Assembly (NCBI GenBank): GCA_030390025.1
Contig: JASTWF010000327.1
Location: forward strand, 248,001-312,000
Origin: Squalus acanthias
Lineage: Eukaryota
Direction: 5' to 3'
DNA: 64,000 nt
Both the position numbers and the translations under genes were made by a program. Shown one piece after another: positions 12,066 to 24,838 of the stretch (the first letter of the stretch is position 1; every line of letters starts with the position of its first letter). The notes under the pieces are model-generated. The model was not told the DNA's origin and made no database searches. It was given only the letters and a program-made list of their open reading frames with translations.

Positions 12066-15000
12066 AACATAAGAACATAAGACGTAGGAGCAGGAGTAGG
12101 TCATTTGGCCCCTCGAGCCTGCTCCACCATTCAATAAGATCATGGCTGATCTGATCTTGGCCTCAACTCCACTTCCCTGCCCGCTCCCCTTAACCCTTGA
12201 CTCCCTTACCATTCAAAAATCTGTCTATCTCCACCTTAAATATATTCAATGACCCAGCCTCCACAGCTCTCTGGGGAAGAGAATTCCAAAGATTCACGAC
12301 CCTCTGAGAGAAGAAATTCCTCCTCATTTCCAATTTAAAAGGGTTTCCCCTTATTCTGAAATTATGTCCCCTAGTTCTAGATTCCCCCACGAGGATGAAA
12401 CATCCTCTCTGCATCTACCCTGTCAAGCCCCTTCAGAATCTTACATGTTTCAATAAGATCCCCTCTCACTCTTCTAAACTCCAATCAGTATAGGCCCAAC
12501 CTGCTCAACCTTTCTTCATAAGACAACCCCTTCATCTCCGGAATCAACCTCGCAAACCTTCTCTGAACTGCCTCCAATGCAAGTATATCCTTCCTTAAAT
12601 AAGGAGACCAAAACTGTACACAGTACTCCAGGTGTGGCCTTACCAACGCCCTGCACAGTTGTAACAGGACTTCCCTACTTTTCTACTCCATTCCCTTTGC
12701 AATAAAGGCCAACACTCCATTTCCCTTCCTAATTACTTGCTGTACCTGCATGCTAACTTTTTGTGATTCATGTACAAGGACCCCCAGATCCCTCTGTACC
12801 TCAGCATTTTGTAATCTCTCCCCATTTAAATAATAATTTGCTTTTTTATTTTTCCTACCAAAGTGGATAACCTCACATTTTCCCACATTAAACGCCATCT
12901 GCCAGATTTTTGCCCACTCACTGAGCCGACCTCTATCCCTTTGGAGATTCTTTGACTCCTCCACACAACTTGCTAACCCACCTTTGTATCATCAGCAAAT
13001 TTGGCTGCATTACACTCAGTCCCTTCATCCAAGTCATTAATATAGATTGTAAATAGTTGAGGCCCCAGCACTGATCCCTGCAGCACCCCACTAGTTACAG
13101 TTTGCCAACCTGAAAATGACCCATATATCCTGACTCTCTGTTTTCTGTTAGTTAGCCAATCCTCGATCCATGCTAATATATTACCCCCAACCCCGTGAGC
13201 TCTTATCTTGTGGAGTAACTTTTTATGTGGCACCTTATCGAATGCCTTCTGGAAATCCAAATACACTACATCTACTGGTTCCCCTTTATCCACCCTGCTC
13301 ATTACATCCTCAAAGAACTCTAGTAAATTTGTCAAACATGATTTCCCTTTCATAAAACCATGCTGACTCTGCTTGACTATATTATGATTTTCTAAATGTC
13401 CTGCTATCACTTCCTTAATGATAGACTCCAGCATTTTCCCAATGACAGATGCTAGGCCAACTGGTCGATAGTTGCCTGCTTTCTGTCTCCCTCCTTTCTT
13501 AAATAGGTGCGTTACATATGCGGTTTGCCAGTCCGCTGGGACCTCTCCAGAATCCAGGGAATTTTGGTAGATTACAACCAATGCATCCACTATCTCTGCA
13601 GCCACCTCTTTTAAGACTCTGGGATGCAGGCCATCGGGTCCAGGGGACTTGTCCACCTTTAGTCCCATTAGTTTGCCTAGTACTTTCTCTCTAGTGATAG
13701 TGATTGTTTTAAGTCCCCCCCCCCCCCCCACCCCAATAGCCCCTTGATTATCCATTATTGGGATGCTTTTAGTGTCTTCTACCATGAAGACTGATACAAA
13801 ATATTTGTTCAAAGTCTCCGCCAATTCCCTGTTTCCCATTATTACTTCCCCAGACTCATCCACTAGGGGACCAACGTTTACTTTAGCTACTCTCTTCCTT
13901 TTTATATACCCGTAGAAGCTCTTGCTGTCTGTTTTTATATTTCTTGCTAGCTTCCTCTCATAAGCTATATTCTCTCTCTTTATTATTTTTTTAGTCATCC
14001 TTTGCTGGTTTTTAAAAATTTCCCAATGCTCTGGCCTTTCACTATTCTTCGCAACATTGTATGCTTTTATTTTCAATTTGATACCATCCTTTACTTCCTT
14101 AGTTTGCCAGGGATGGTTCATCCTTCTCTTGGAGTCTTTCTTTTTCACTGGAATATATCTTTGCTGAGAGTTATGAAATATCTCCTTAAATGTTTGCCAC
14201 TGCTTTTCTACAGTCTTACCCTGTAATATATTTTCCCAGTCCACTTTAACCAAGTCTGCCTTCATACCTTTGTAATTACCTTTGTTTAAGTTCAGGACAC
14301 TAGTTTGAGACCTAGCTTTCTCACCCTCAAACTGAATTTGAAATTCTACCATGCTATGATCACTCTTCCCAAGAGGATCCTTCACTTCGAGATCATTAAT
14401 TAATCCAGCCTCGTTACACATTACCAGATCTAAAATAGTCTGCTCCCTGGTTGGTTCCACAACATATTGTTCCAAGAAACCATCCCGTATACATTCTAAG
14501 AACTCTTCCTCAAGTCTGGCTATCTCATAGAAGGAAGAGGGTGGTGGTGGATGGAAAATTTTCGGACTGGAGACCAGTTACCAGCGGTGTGCCACAGGGG
14601 TCGGTGCTGGGTCCTCTGCTGTTATTGATTTTTATCAATGACTTGGAGGAGGGGACTGAAGGGTGGATCAGTAAATTTGCTGATGACACCAAGATTGGTG
14701 GAGTAGTGGATGAGGTGGAGGGCTGTTGTAGGCTGCAAAGAGACATTGATAGGATGCAGAGCTGGGCCGAAAAATGGCAGATGGAATTTAACCCTGATAA
14801 GTGCGAGGTGATTCATTTTGGTAGGGCAAATTTGAATAAGGATTACAGGGTCAACGGCAGGGTTCTGAGGAACGTGGAGGAACTGAGGGATCTGGGGGTT
14901 CATATCCACAGATCTCTGAAGGTTGCCACTCAAGTGGATAGAGCAGTAAAGAAGGCCTATAGTGTGTTAGCGTTTATTAACAAGGGGTTTGAGTTTAAGA

Positions 15001-16037
15001 ACCGTGAGGTTATGCTGCAACTGTACAGGACCTTGGTGAGACCACATTTGGAATATTGTGTGCAGTTCTGGTCACCTCACTATAGGAAGGACGTGGAAGC
15101 ATTGGAAAGAGTGCAAAGGAGATTTACCAGGATGCTGCCTGGTTTGGGGGGGAGGTCCTCTGAGGAAAGATTGAGGGAGCTAGGGCTTTTCTCTTTAGAG
15201 CGGAGGAGGATGAGAGGCGACTTAATAGAGGTTTATAAGATGATGAGGGGGATAGATAGAGTGGATGTTCAGAGACTATTTCCTCGGGCATAACTATAAG
15301 GTGCATGGGGGGAGATATAGAAGGGATGTCCGAGGTAGATTCTTTACTCAGAGAGTGGTTGGGGTGTGGAATGGACTGCCTGCTGTGATAGTGGAGTCGG
15401 ACACTTTAGGAACTTTCAAGCGGTTATTGGATAAGCACATGGAGCACACCAGAATGATAGGGAGTGGGATAGCTTGATCTTGGTTTCGGACAATGCTCGG
15501 CACAACATCGAGGGCCGAAGGGCCTGTACTGTGCTGTACTGTTCTATGTTCTATGTTCTACCTTTGCCAATATGCTTTGTCCAGTCATTATGAAGATTAA
15601 AATCTCCCATGATTATAGCCGTACCTTTCTTACAAGCCTCTATTATTTCTTGATTTATTCTCTGTCCTACAGTGTGGCTACTGTTTGGGTGCCTGTAGAC
15701 CACTCCCACCAGTGACTTTTTACCCTTATTATTTCTTATCTCCACCCAAACTGATTCTACGTCTTGATCTTCTAGGCCAATATCAGTTCTCATTACTGCA
15801 CTGATCTCATCCCTTATTAACAGAGCTACACCACCTCCTTTTCCTTTCTGCCTATCCGTACGAAATGGCAAATACCCCTGAATATTCAGTTCCAATCATT
15901 GGTCACCTTGCAACCATGTCTCTGTAATGGCTATCAGATCATAGCCATTTATTTCTATTTGTGCTGTCAAGTCATCTATCTTGTTACGAATGCTGCGTGT
16001 GTTCAGATATAGAGCTTTTAATTTTGTCTTTTTGCCA
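12066..16037 (-). mobile_element. CR1 LINE covering nearly all of ORF2 (APE+RT), inserted in the 39-bp array and interrupted by a nested CR1
   Basis: Minus ORFs 15551-15895 (APE: KGGGVALLI, VVYRHPNS, MGDFN), 12973-14475 ([17 protein letters not shown]), 12683-12964, 12190-12414; (ttcttatg)n-type tail at 12066. Confidence 0.92.
14518..15557 (+). mobile_element. Nested young CR1 3' fragment
   Basis: ORF 14451-15293; near-identical to 57653-58603 (-) and 63670-64000; (gttctat)n tail. Confidence 0.92.
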
Positions 16038-16039
16038 TT

Positions 16040-16490
16040 TTTCTCTACTCTGACCCCTCTGTCTGTAAATGAAGGAGTAATGGTGACTGGTCAGGGAGCA
16101 TCTATAAATGGAAGAGAAAAGGTGACTGGTCAGGGAGCATCTGTAAAAGAAGGAGAAATGGTGACTGGTCAGGGAGCGTCTGTAAAAGAAGGAGAAATGG
16201 TGACTGGTCAGGGAGCGTCTGTAAAAGAAGGAGAAATGGTGACTGGTCAGGGAGCGTCTGTAAATGGAGGAGAAATGGAGACGGGTCAGGGAGCGTCTGC
16301 AAAAGAAGGAGAAATGGTGACTGGTCAGGGAGCATCTGTAAATGCAGGAGAAATGGGGAATGGTCAGGGAGCGTCTATAAATGGAGGAAAAATGGTGAGT
16401 GGTCAGGGAGCGTCTGTAAATGAAGGAGGAATGGTGATGGGTCAGGGAGCGTCTGTAAATGAAGGATGAATGGTGATGGGTCAGGGAGCG
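16040..16490 (+). repeat. 39-bp minisatellite, right part (~11 units)
   Basis: Same unit resumes after the CR1 insertion and runs directly into ZNF sequence. Confidence 0.93.
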
Positions 16491-16982
16491 AGTTCACTTG
16501 CTCCGTGTGTGGGAAGGGATTCACTCAGTGATCCCACTTGGTGAGACACCAGCGTATTAACACTGATCGGAGCCTGTTTGTTCTCACTGTGTGAAGAGGT
16601 TTACAAACTCATCCCACCTGATGAGGCCCCTGCATATTCACACTGGGGAGAGGCCGTTCACCTGCTCCGGGTGTGGGAAGGGATTTAACCAGTCCTCTCA
16701 CCTGCTGACACACCAGCGAGTTCACACTGGGGAGAGGCTGTTCACCTGCTCCGGGTGTGGGAAGGGATTCAACCAGTCCTCGCCCCTGCTGAGACACCAG
16801 CGAGTTCACACTGGGGGAGGCCGTTCACCTGCTCCGGGTGTGGGAAGGGATTTAACCAGTCCTCTTCCCTGCTGACACATCAGCGAGTTCACACGAGAGA
16901 GAAGTCATTTAAATGTTCCGTGTGTGAGAAGGGATTCATCCATTCATCCAACCTGCTGATAAACCAGCGAGTTCACATTTGA
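16491..16982 (+). pseudogene. C2H2 ZNF pseudogene (5'-truncated, ~6 finger remnants)
   Basis: [12 protein letters not shown] stop at ~16528, frameshifts between ORFs 16591 and 16755; family 3'UTR with AATAAA at ~17128. Confidence 0.85.
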
Positions 16983-17716
16983 CTGTTGGGGTTGGATTCT
17001 GCTGTTATTGCTGCTGTTAATCACATCCCGAACTGAATCGTGTTCATTCTGACAGTTGGGGTTTGTTTCTGCTGATGTTAAACTCCAGCCCAGTTACAGG
17101 GGTTATTAATATTCTGGATATCTGTCAAATAAATCAAAGGGTGAAAGGTTAGAGTCACTCTTGTCCCTGAAAGGGGGGTAAAAATCCTGCTGATTGTGTT
17201 TCCCTCCAGTGGAGTTTATTGTTACTTTTGCCAAATAATCTTTAAAGGGATTTCCCAAATACTGACAACTGTCTCAAATGGAGCTAAAATCTGTGCAGGT
17301 TTTGGGGCAATAATGTTCAGAGATGAACATGTTTTAACATAAAATGGTTAAAATACATTGAATTAAATGTCTGATAGAATGGGCATTGTGGGAGAGAGAA
17401 GTTTAGTCTGAGTTAGAAACTCAAACAGGAGCTTCACTGCAGACAGGTCACCATGGCAACACTGATAAGACATTCCATTCCACTGAATCCACTGGGTGGA
17501 AACTGTAATCAGATCAGGGGAAAGAACAGGGTTTGTCTGTTTAAAAACCACAATATAAGCTTAAACCACAGTGAGTAATAGAATAGATCAGATTATAACG
17601 TGTGATGTTCATACCTATAACTCTGAAACTGTAAAATAACATAATTAGCAGTAATTTAGAGATAAAGAGAAAATTACTGAAGAAAAGTAACTGCCTTGAA
17701 CCAGGGAAAGTGTCCT

Positions 17717-18104
17717 TGTAAACCACAGATTAGAGAAGTTCCAGCTGTCTTTCCCTCGCTTCCTGCCAAAACCCAGCAGAGAAGACAAAGAAGAGTCAGG
17801 TGCCAGAGATGGATCACTACAGGGTATAAAAGTGAGCGGATCCTGATGTAAGGGGGCAGTCGGGACTGGAGACACCGGAGATCAAGCTCAGGGCGCCTGA
17901 GGTTCCACCCAGCGGGCTGACCTCGTGTAAGTTACTGTGGACACGCGGGACTTGCAAGTTTACTCTGATTGATGGATCAATGTAAGGTACGGTAGAGGAC
18001 AGAGAATCTGCTCATCTTATATTTCTAATAAGGTATTAAAGTTGTTGACACGAGACTCTCGAACCTGCTAATGAATAAGACAAGGCATCAGCTAGAATCT
18101 TACA
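17717..18104 (+). mobile_element. Putative solo LTR
   Basis: TGTAA...TTACA termini, TATAAAA at ~17825, ATTAAA at ~18035; almost wholly absent from paralog at ~10276-10290; no convincing 4-6 bp TSD. Confidence 0.5.
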
Positions 18105-18371
18105 CCTCTTTCCTGTTCTGTTCCTCTAATCCTTTTAAGCTTTTACCATTTAATGTAGATTTCCTACTTTTTTCTTCCTCCCAAAATGCATCACCTCATA
18201 ATTCTCTGCATTAAATTTCAGCTGACATCTCCCTGCCCCATTTACTAACCTGTGTATTCACACTGAAGTCACTTACAGTCCTCTTCACAGTTGGCCAGGG
18301 TCCCTATTTTGGTCTCATCTGAAGATTTTGATCTTGTGCCTCACATACCCAAGCCCAGATCATTTCTCTGA

Positions 18372-18866
18372 GATGATTCACTTGGTTAATTCCAGAGATG
18401 AGGGTTTTGACTTATGAGGAAAGGTTGAGCAGGTTGGGCCTATACTCATTGGAATTTAGAAGAATGAGAGGTGATCTTATCGAAACACATAAGATACTGA
18501 GGGGGCTCGACAGGGTAGATGCAGAGAGGATGTTTCCCCTCATGGGGAAATCTAGAACTCGGGGGCACGGTCTCAGAATAAAGGGTCGCCCTTTTAGAAC
18601 TGAGATGAGGAGGAACTTCTTCTCTCAGAGGGTCGTAAATTTGTGTAATTCTCTGCCCCAGAGAGCTGTGGAGGCTGGGTCATTAAATACATTTAAAGTA
18701 GAGATAGACAAATTTTTGCAAGATAAGGGAGTGAAGGGTTGGTTATGGGGAGCGGGCTGGGAAGTGGCTTTGAGCCCGAGATCAGCCATGATCTTATTGA
18801 ATGGGGGAGCAGGCTTGAGGGGCCAAGTGGCCTATTCTTGCTCCTATTTCTTATGTTCGTATGTTC
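18372..18866 (+). mobile_element. CR1 3' fragment inserted in older CR1 remnant
   Basis: ORF 18398 YEERLSRLGLYSLEFRRMRGDLIE; ttcttatgttcgtatgttc tail. Confidence 0.88.
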
Positions 18867-19109
18867 TCTGGGCACCTTATCAAACACCTTTTGACAATCC
18901 ATCTCCACAACATCCACTGCATTTCCTTTCTCACTACACTGTGTTATTTCCTAAATAATCCCTGCTGTCTGTCCTGAGTGAATCCATTTCACTGCCAAAT
19001 GTTGCAATCTTTGCTCCACCCCACAGGGTTCCATCTGTTCAAAGCCACAACAGAAAGGTCCAGTTTTCTCCTGGAGTTTGAGAGAAATCAACTTCAACAA
19101 TGAGGCAGA

Positions 19110-19293
19110 GTTTCAGCCAATGAGGGAGATCCGGGCTCAGCCCCGCCCACTGTGTGCCGCAAGCCCCGCCCCTCACACACTCCGATTGGTTGGAGGACCA
19201 GCCGCCCGCTCGGTCCTCCAGTCCCGCACCGCTCTTCCTATTGGTCCGCAGCTCCCGTCAATCACCCGGGCAGTGTGAGCTGAGCATGCGCGG
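19110..19293 (+). promoter_or_regulatory. CpG-rich ZNF promoter module P1 (CCAAT boxes, GC boxes, NRF1-like site)
   Basis: ccccgccc x2, ATTGG at 19185 and 19240, gcatgcgc at 19284; homologs at 42291-42424 (+) and 54450-54560 (-). Confidence 0.7.
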
Positions 19294-19684
19294 GAGAGGC
19301 TCATTGTTGGGCAGTGGCGGAGACTGAGTGACCCGACAGGAGAAACAACAAGTGGCCTTGACACAGCAGAGGGAGCAACTCCGAGCCGGTTAGCATCAGG
19401 GTGGGCGGTGGATGTGGAACTCGCTCCGAGGCCTCCTGTGCAGGGCTTTCTTGTTGCATCAGTTTGAGCTGGAGTGGAGAGGGGGGAGAAGCTGCTGGGT
19501 TTAACCCCAGTACTTCTGAGCCCAGTGGGACCCAACAATTTCCAATGTGGGACTGTGAAGGGAGGTGGATTCTAGGGGAGATTAAGTTGCTAAACAGACA
19601 CTGTCCGTACAGTGTAAAAGATTATCGTTTTAGGAATAAGTATTTCTGTGGAGGCTTTCAATCCATTTTATATATACAGATTTT

Positions 19685-20010
19685 TTAAATTCATTCGATG
19701 TGGGTGTCACTAGCAAGGCCAGCATATATTGCCAGTCCCGAGTTGCCCGTTGAGAAGGTGATGCTGGGCCTTCTTCTTGAACCTCTGCAGTCCGTGTGGT
19801 GAAGGTACTCTCAGAATGCTGTTAGGTGAGGAGTTCCAGGATTTTCACCCAGCGACGATGTAGGAACGGCGATATATGCCCAAGTCAGGATAGTGTGTGA
19901 CTTGGAGGGGAACTGGGAGGTGATGGTGTTCCCATGCACCTGCTGCCCTTGTCCTTCTAGGTGGTGGAGGTCGCGTGTTTGGGAGGTGCTGTCAAAGTTC
20001 TAGTCGAGTT
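19685..20010 (-). mobile_element. Old LINE 3' end (CR1/L2 group) in ZNF intron; shared at ~30470-30795 and ~57515-58800
   Basis: Same sequence at the same intronic position in three paralogs; resembles a LINE ORF2 end plus tail. Confidence 0.55.
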
Positions 20011-20286
20011 GCAGATGTATAAAGTAACTCCTTCACTGCTCCCCCTCCCACCTCACTCTCTCTCCTCCCATAGAGCCCAGAGTCTTGTGTAGGCCCAGAC
20101 CGGGTGGCGGGTTCCCTTCCCTGAAGGACATTAGTGAACCAGGTGGGTTTTTACGACAATCCGGCAGCTTTCATGGTCACTTTTTTCTAGTGCCGGCCCC
20201 ACAAATTCCCAGATTCATTCAGCTCAATTTCACAACCTGCCTTTGTGAGTTCTCTCTCACCCTCCCTTTTTCCTGTTTTGAATTAA

Positions 20287-21609
<1,323 letters not shown>

Positions 21610-22158
21610 CTGCAGTGGTTAGATTCTGATGTTTTTGCAGCTGTTAATTACATCCTGGACCGAATCGTGTTCATTCTGACAGTTGGGGTTTGTTTCTGCT
21701 GATAAACTCCAGCCCAGTTACAGGGGTTATTAATATTCTGGATATATGTCAAATAAATCAGTTTGCTTTAAACACATTGTGGTGGATTTTTGTCGTTCCC
21801 ACCTGAGTGTTTAGCATCACCTGGTTGGAGCTCAGAAAGGACAATCTGGGGGAGGATCGTACGGCGGGAACAGAACTACAGCCTGGACACAGTCCTTCAG
21901 GGCCACACTGAGAGGGGCAAACGGCACTTTGGTCTTTCTCGTCTCTCTTCACTGAAACCAAAGTCGCCGTGCGGGTTAATCTTGAGGCCTGTAATGTCCA
22001 GATGATTTCCACCCAAGGGTGTGTAAAGAGATCGGACGGGTGCTCTGTGAGCCCCTTGCTCGTGTCTTCAGCTCAGTAGAGTCAGGGATTGCTCCCTGAG
22101 ATTGGAAGGTAGCTCACGTAGTTCCCATTTTCCAAATTGGGGACAAATCAGAGTCTGG

Positions 22159-22341
22159 GAACTAGAGGCCCATCAGTGTGATATCGATCACAGGGAAGGT
22201 GCCTGAAGGGATCCTAAGAGAACTAGAAGCCCATCAGTGTGATATCGATCACAGGGAAGGTGCCTGAAGGGATCCTAAGAGAACTAGAAGCCCATCAGTG
22301 TGATATCGATCACAGGGAAGGTGCCTGAAGGGATCCTAAGA
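22159..22341 (+). repeat. 61-bp tandem triplication inside an old CR1 RT remnant (~22040-22490)
   Basis: gaactagaagcccatcagtgtgatatcgatcacagggaaggtgcctgaagggatcctaaga at 22159, 22220, 22281. Confidence 0.88.
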
Positions 22342-22607
22342 GATGCTGTTTTCGATCACGGGGAAAGGGAAGGAGCCATTCGAGATATTCAACATGGCTT
22401 CCAGAAAACAAGGCCAACTTGCTTGAGTTTTGTGAAGAAGTTGCTGGGTTGGGGGATGAGGGGAATCCGGTTGACATTGTCTACCTCAGGGGAGTCAATC
22501 TCATTTTCCATGGTGGGCCGAATCCGATATCCTGGCCCTTGGCGAGGGTCACATTCAGCAAAAGTTATTAAAATAGGAATAAATGAAGATAAACTATATC
22601 GACACTT

Positions 22608-23150
22608 GGAATCAGAGAATGGTTACAGCACAGAATGTGGCCATTCGGCCCGTCGAGCCCGTGCCGGCTCTCTGCAAGAACACTTCAGCTAGTCCCACTC
22701 CCCCACCCTTCCCCCGGAGCCCTGACATTGTTTCTTCTTCAGGGACTCATCCAATTCCCTTTTGAAAGCCACGATTGAATCTGCCTCCACCACCCTTTCA
22801 GGCAGTGCATTCCAGATCATAACCACTCGCTGCGTAAAAGTTTTTTCTTACATCACCTTTGGTTCTTCTGCCAATCACCTTAAATCTGTGTCCTCTGGTT
22901 CTCGACCCTTCCAACAATGGGAACAGTTTCTCTCTATCTACTCTGTCCAGACCCCTCATGATTTTGAACACCTCTATCAAATCTCCTCTCAAACATCTCT
23001 GCTCTAAGGAGAACAACCCGATCTTCTCCAGTCTATCCACGGAACTGAAGGCCCTCATCCCTGGAAGCATTCTTGCAAATCTTTTCTGCACCCTCTCTAA
23101 GGCCTTCACGTCCTTCCTAAAGTGTGGTGCCCAGAATTGGACACAATACT
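22608..23150 (-). mobile_element. CR1 3' fragment
   Basis: ORF 22798-23214 YCVQFWAPHFRKDVKALERVQ. Confidence 0.88.
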
Positions 23151-23992
23151 GCAGAAATTTTCTCCAATTAAATATTGGGAAAACCAAAGCCATTGTTTTT
23201 GGTCCTCGCCACAAACTCCATCCCTCTCCCCAACACCTGTCTGAGACTGAACCAGACTGTTCACAACCTTGGTGTTATATTTGACCCTGAAATGAGCTTC
23301 TGACCACATATCCGCAGCGTAACCAAGACCACCTATTTCCACCTCGGTAACATCGCCCGTTTCTGCCCTTGCCTCAGCTCATCCGCTGCTGAAACCCTCA
23401 TCCATGCCTTTGTTACCTCTAGACTAGACTATTCCAACGCACTCCTGGCCGGCCTCCCACGTTCCACCCTACGTAAACTTGAGGTCATCCAAAACTCAGC
23501 TTCCCGTGTCCTAACTCGCACCAAGTCCCGTTCGCCCATCACCCCTGTGCTCGCTGACCTACATTGGCTCCCGGTTAAGCAGTGCCTCGATTTCAAAATT
23601 CTCATCCTTGTTTTCAAATCCCTCCATGGCCTCGCCCCTCCCTATCTCTGTAATCTCCTCCAGCCCCACAACACCCCGAGATATCTGCGCTCCTCTAATT
23701 CTGCCCTCTTGAGCATCCCTGATTAAAATCGCTCAACCATTGGTGGCCGAGCCTTCTGTTGCCTCGGCCCTAAGCTCTGGAATTCCCTGCCTAAACCTCT
23801 CCGCCTCTCTACCTCTCCTTCCTCCTTTAAGATGTTCCTTAAAACTTACCTCTTTGACCAATCTTTTGGTCATCTGCCCTAATTTCTCTTTGTGTGGCTC
23901 GGTGTCAAATTTCTTATCTTATAATCCTCCTGTGCAGCGCCTTGGGACGTTTTACTATATTAAAGGCGCTATATAAATACAAGTTGTTGTTG
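23151..23992 (+). mobile_element. L2-clade LINE 3' fragment
   Basis: NFLQLNIGKTKAIVFG and LIHAFVTSRLDYSNALL motifs typical of L2 ORF2; (gtt)n tail at ~23983. Confidence 0.82.
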
Positions 23993-24202
23993 CACTCAGC
24001 CAGATTCAGTTCCTTCTGGAGAGAAGGGGAGACACAAAATCCCAGATGATGTAATGAATGTTGTTTTTAGACAGTAAGGATGGAGGGAGAGTGTGTAGAA
24101 TGGGGAATTTACAGCTTAGGAGGGACAGGAGGGAAAAGGATGTTGTATAGAAACTAGATTTGTCTGTTCTGAAGTTCTATCCTGTTGTAAACACCAGTTG
24201 AG

Positions 24203-24838
24203 GGTATTAGAAGGGGAGGATCTGCAGATGGAAACTGAATCCAAACATTGCGTCAAGATCTGACAGATTCACCGGATTCATCAGGACCTGAATATCATCG
24301 GCCTTTGGCTATAGGAGGAAAAAAACACCAATCACAGCGGGGAGAAACAGGACACGTGTTCTGTGCCTGGATCCACTTTTAACAAATCGTCTAGCCTGTG
24401 AGATTCGTGCACCCACCTGAATCAACAGTGTAAATGTGGGGAATGTGGGAATGGATTCAGTTGCCCGTCTGAGGTGCAAACTCATCGAAACAGTCACACC
24501 GGGGAGAGGCTGTTCACCAGCTGAGTGTGGAAAGAGATTCACTCGCTCATCTCACCTATTCCCACACTAACATGTTCATAACGGGGAGAATCCGTTCACT
24601 GCTCTGTATGTGGAAAGTGATTCAATCGATCATCCCATTTACTGACACACCAGCACAGTCACACCGGAGAGAGACCGTTTAGATACTTCACGTGTGGGAA
24701 GGGATTGACTCCGTTGTCCCACCTGTTGACACTCCAGAGTGTCCACATGGAGAACAGTTGCTGTAAATACTCTGACTGCGAGAAAAGCTTTCAAAGTTCA
24801 AAGCAGCTGATGAACGATCAGCGCATTGATACTGGAGA
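24203..24838 (+). pseudogene. Heavily degraded ZNF pseudogene; 3' end resumes at ~28135-28225 after CR1 insertions
   Basis: Family exon start ggtattagaaggggaggat, decayed HTGERPF/CGKGF repeats with stops; paralogous fragment at ~34175-34255. Confidence 0.75.

Noticed and set aside
10809..12078. Repetitive ORFs (WSGSVCKWRRNGD / LQTLPDQSPFLLH / VTGQGASVNEGEM), also 15981-16469 and 36305-36931
   Set aside because: By-product of a 39-bp (13-codon) unit; frames are broken by indels and stops
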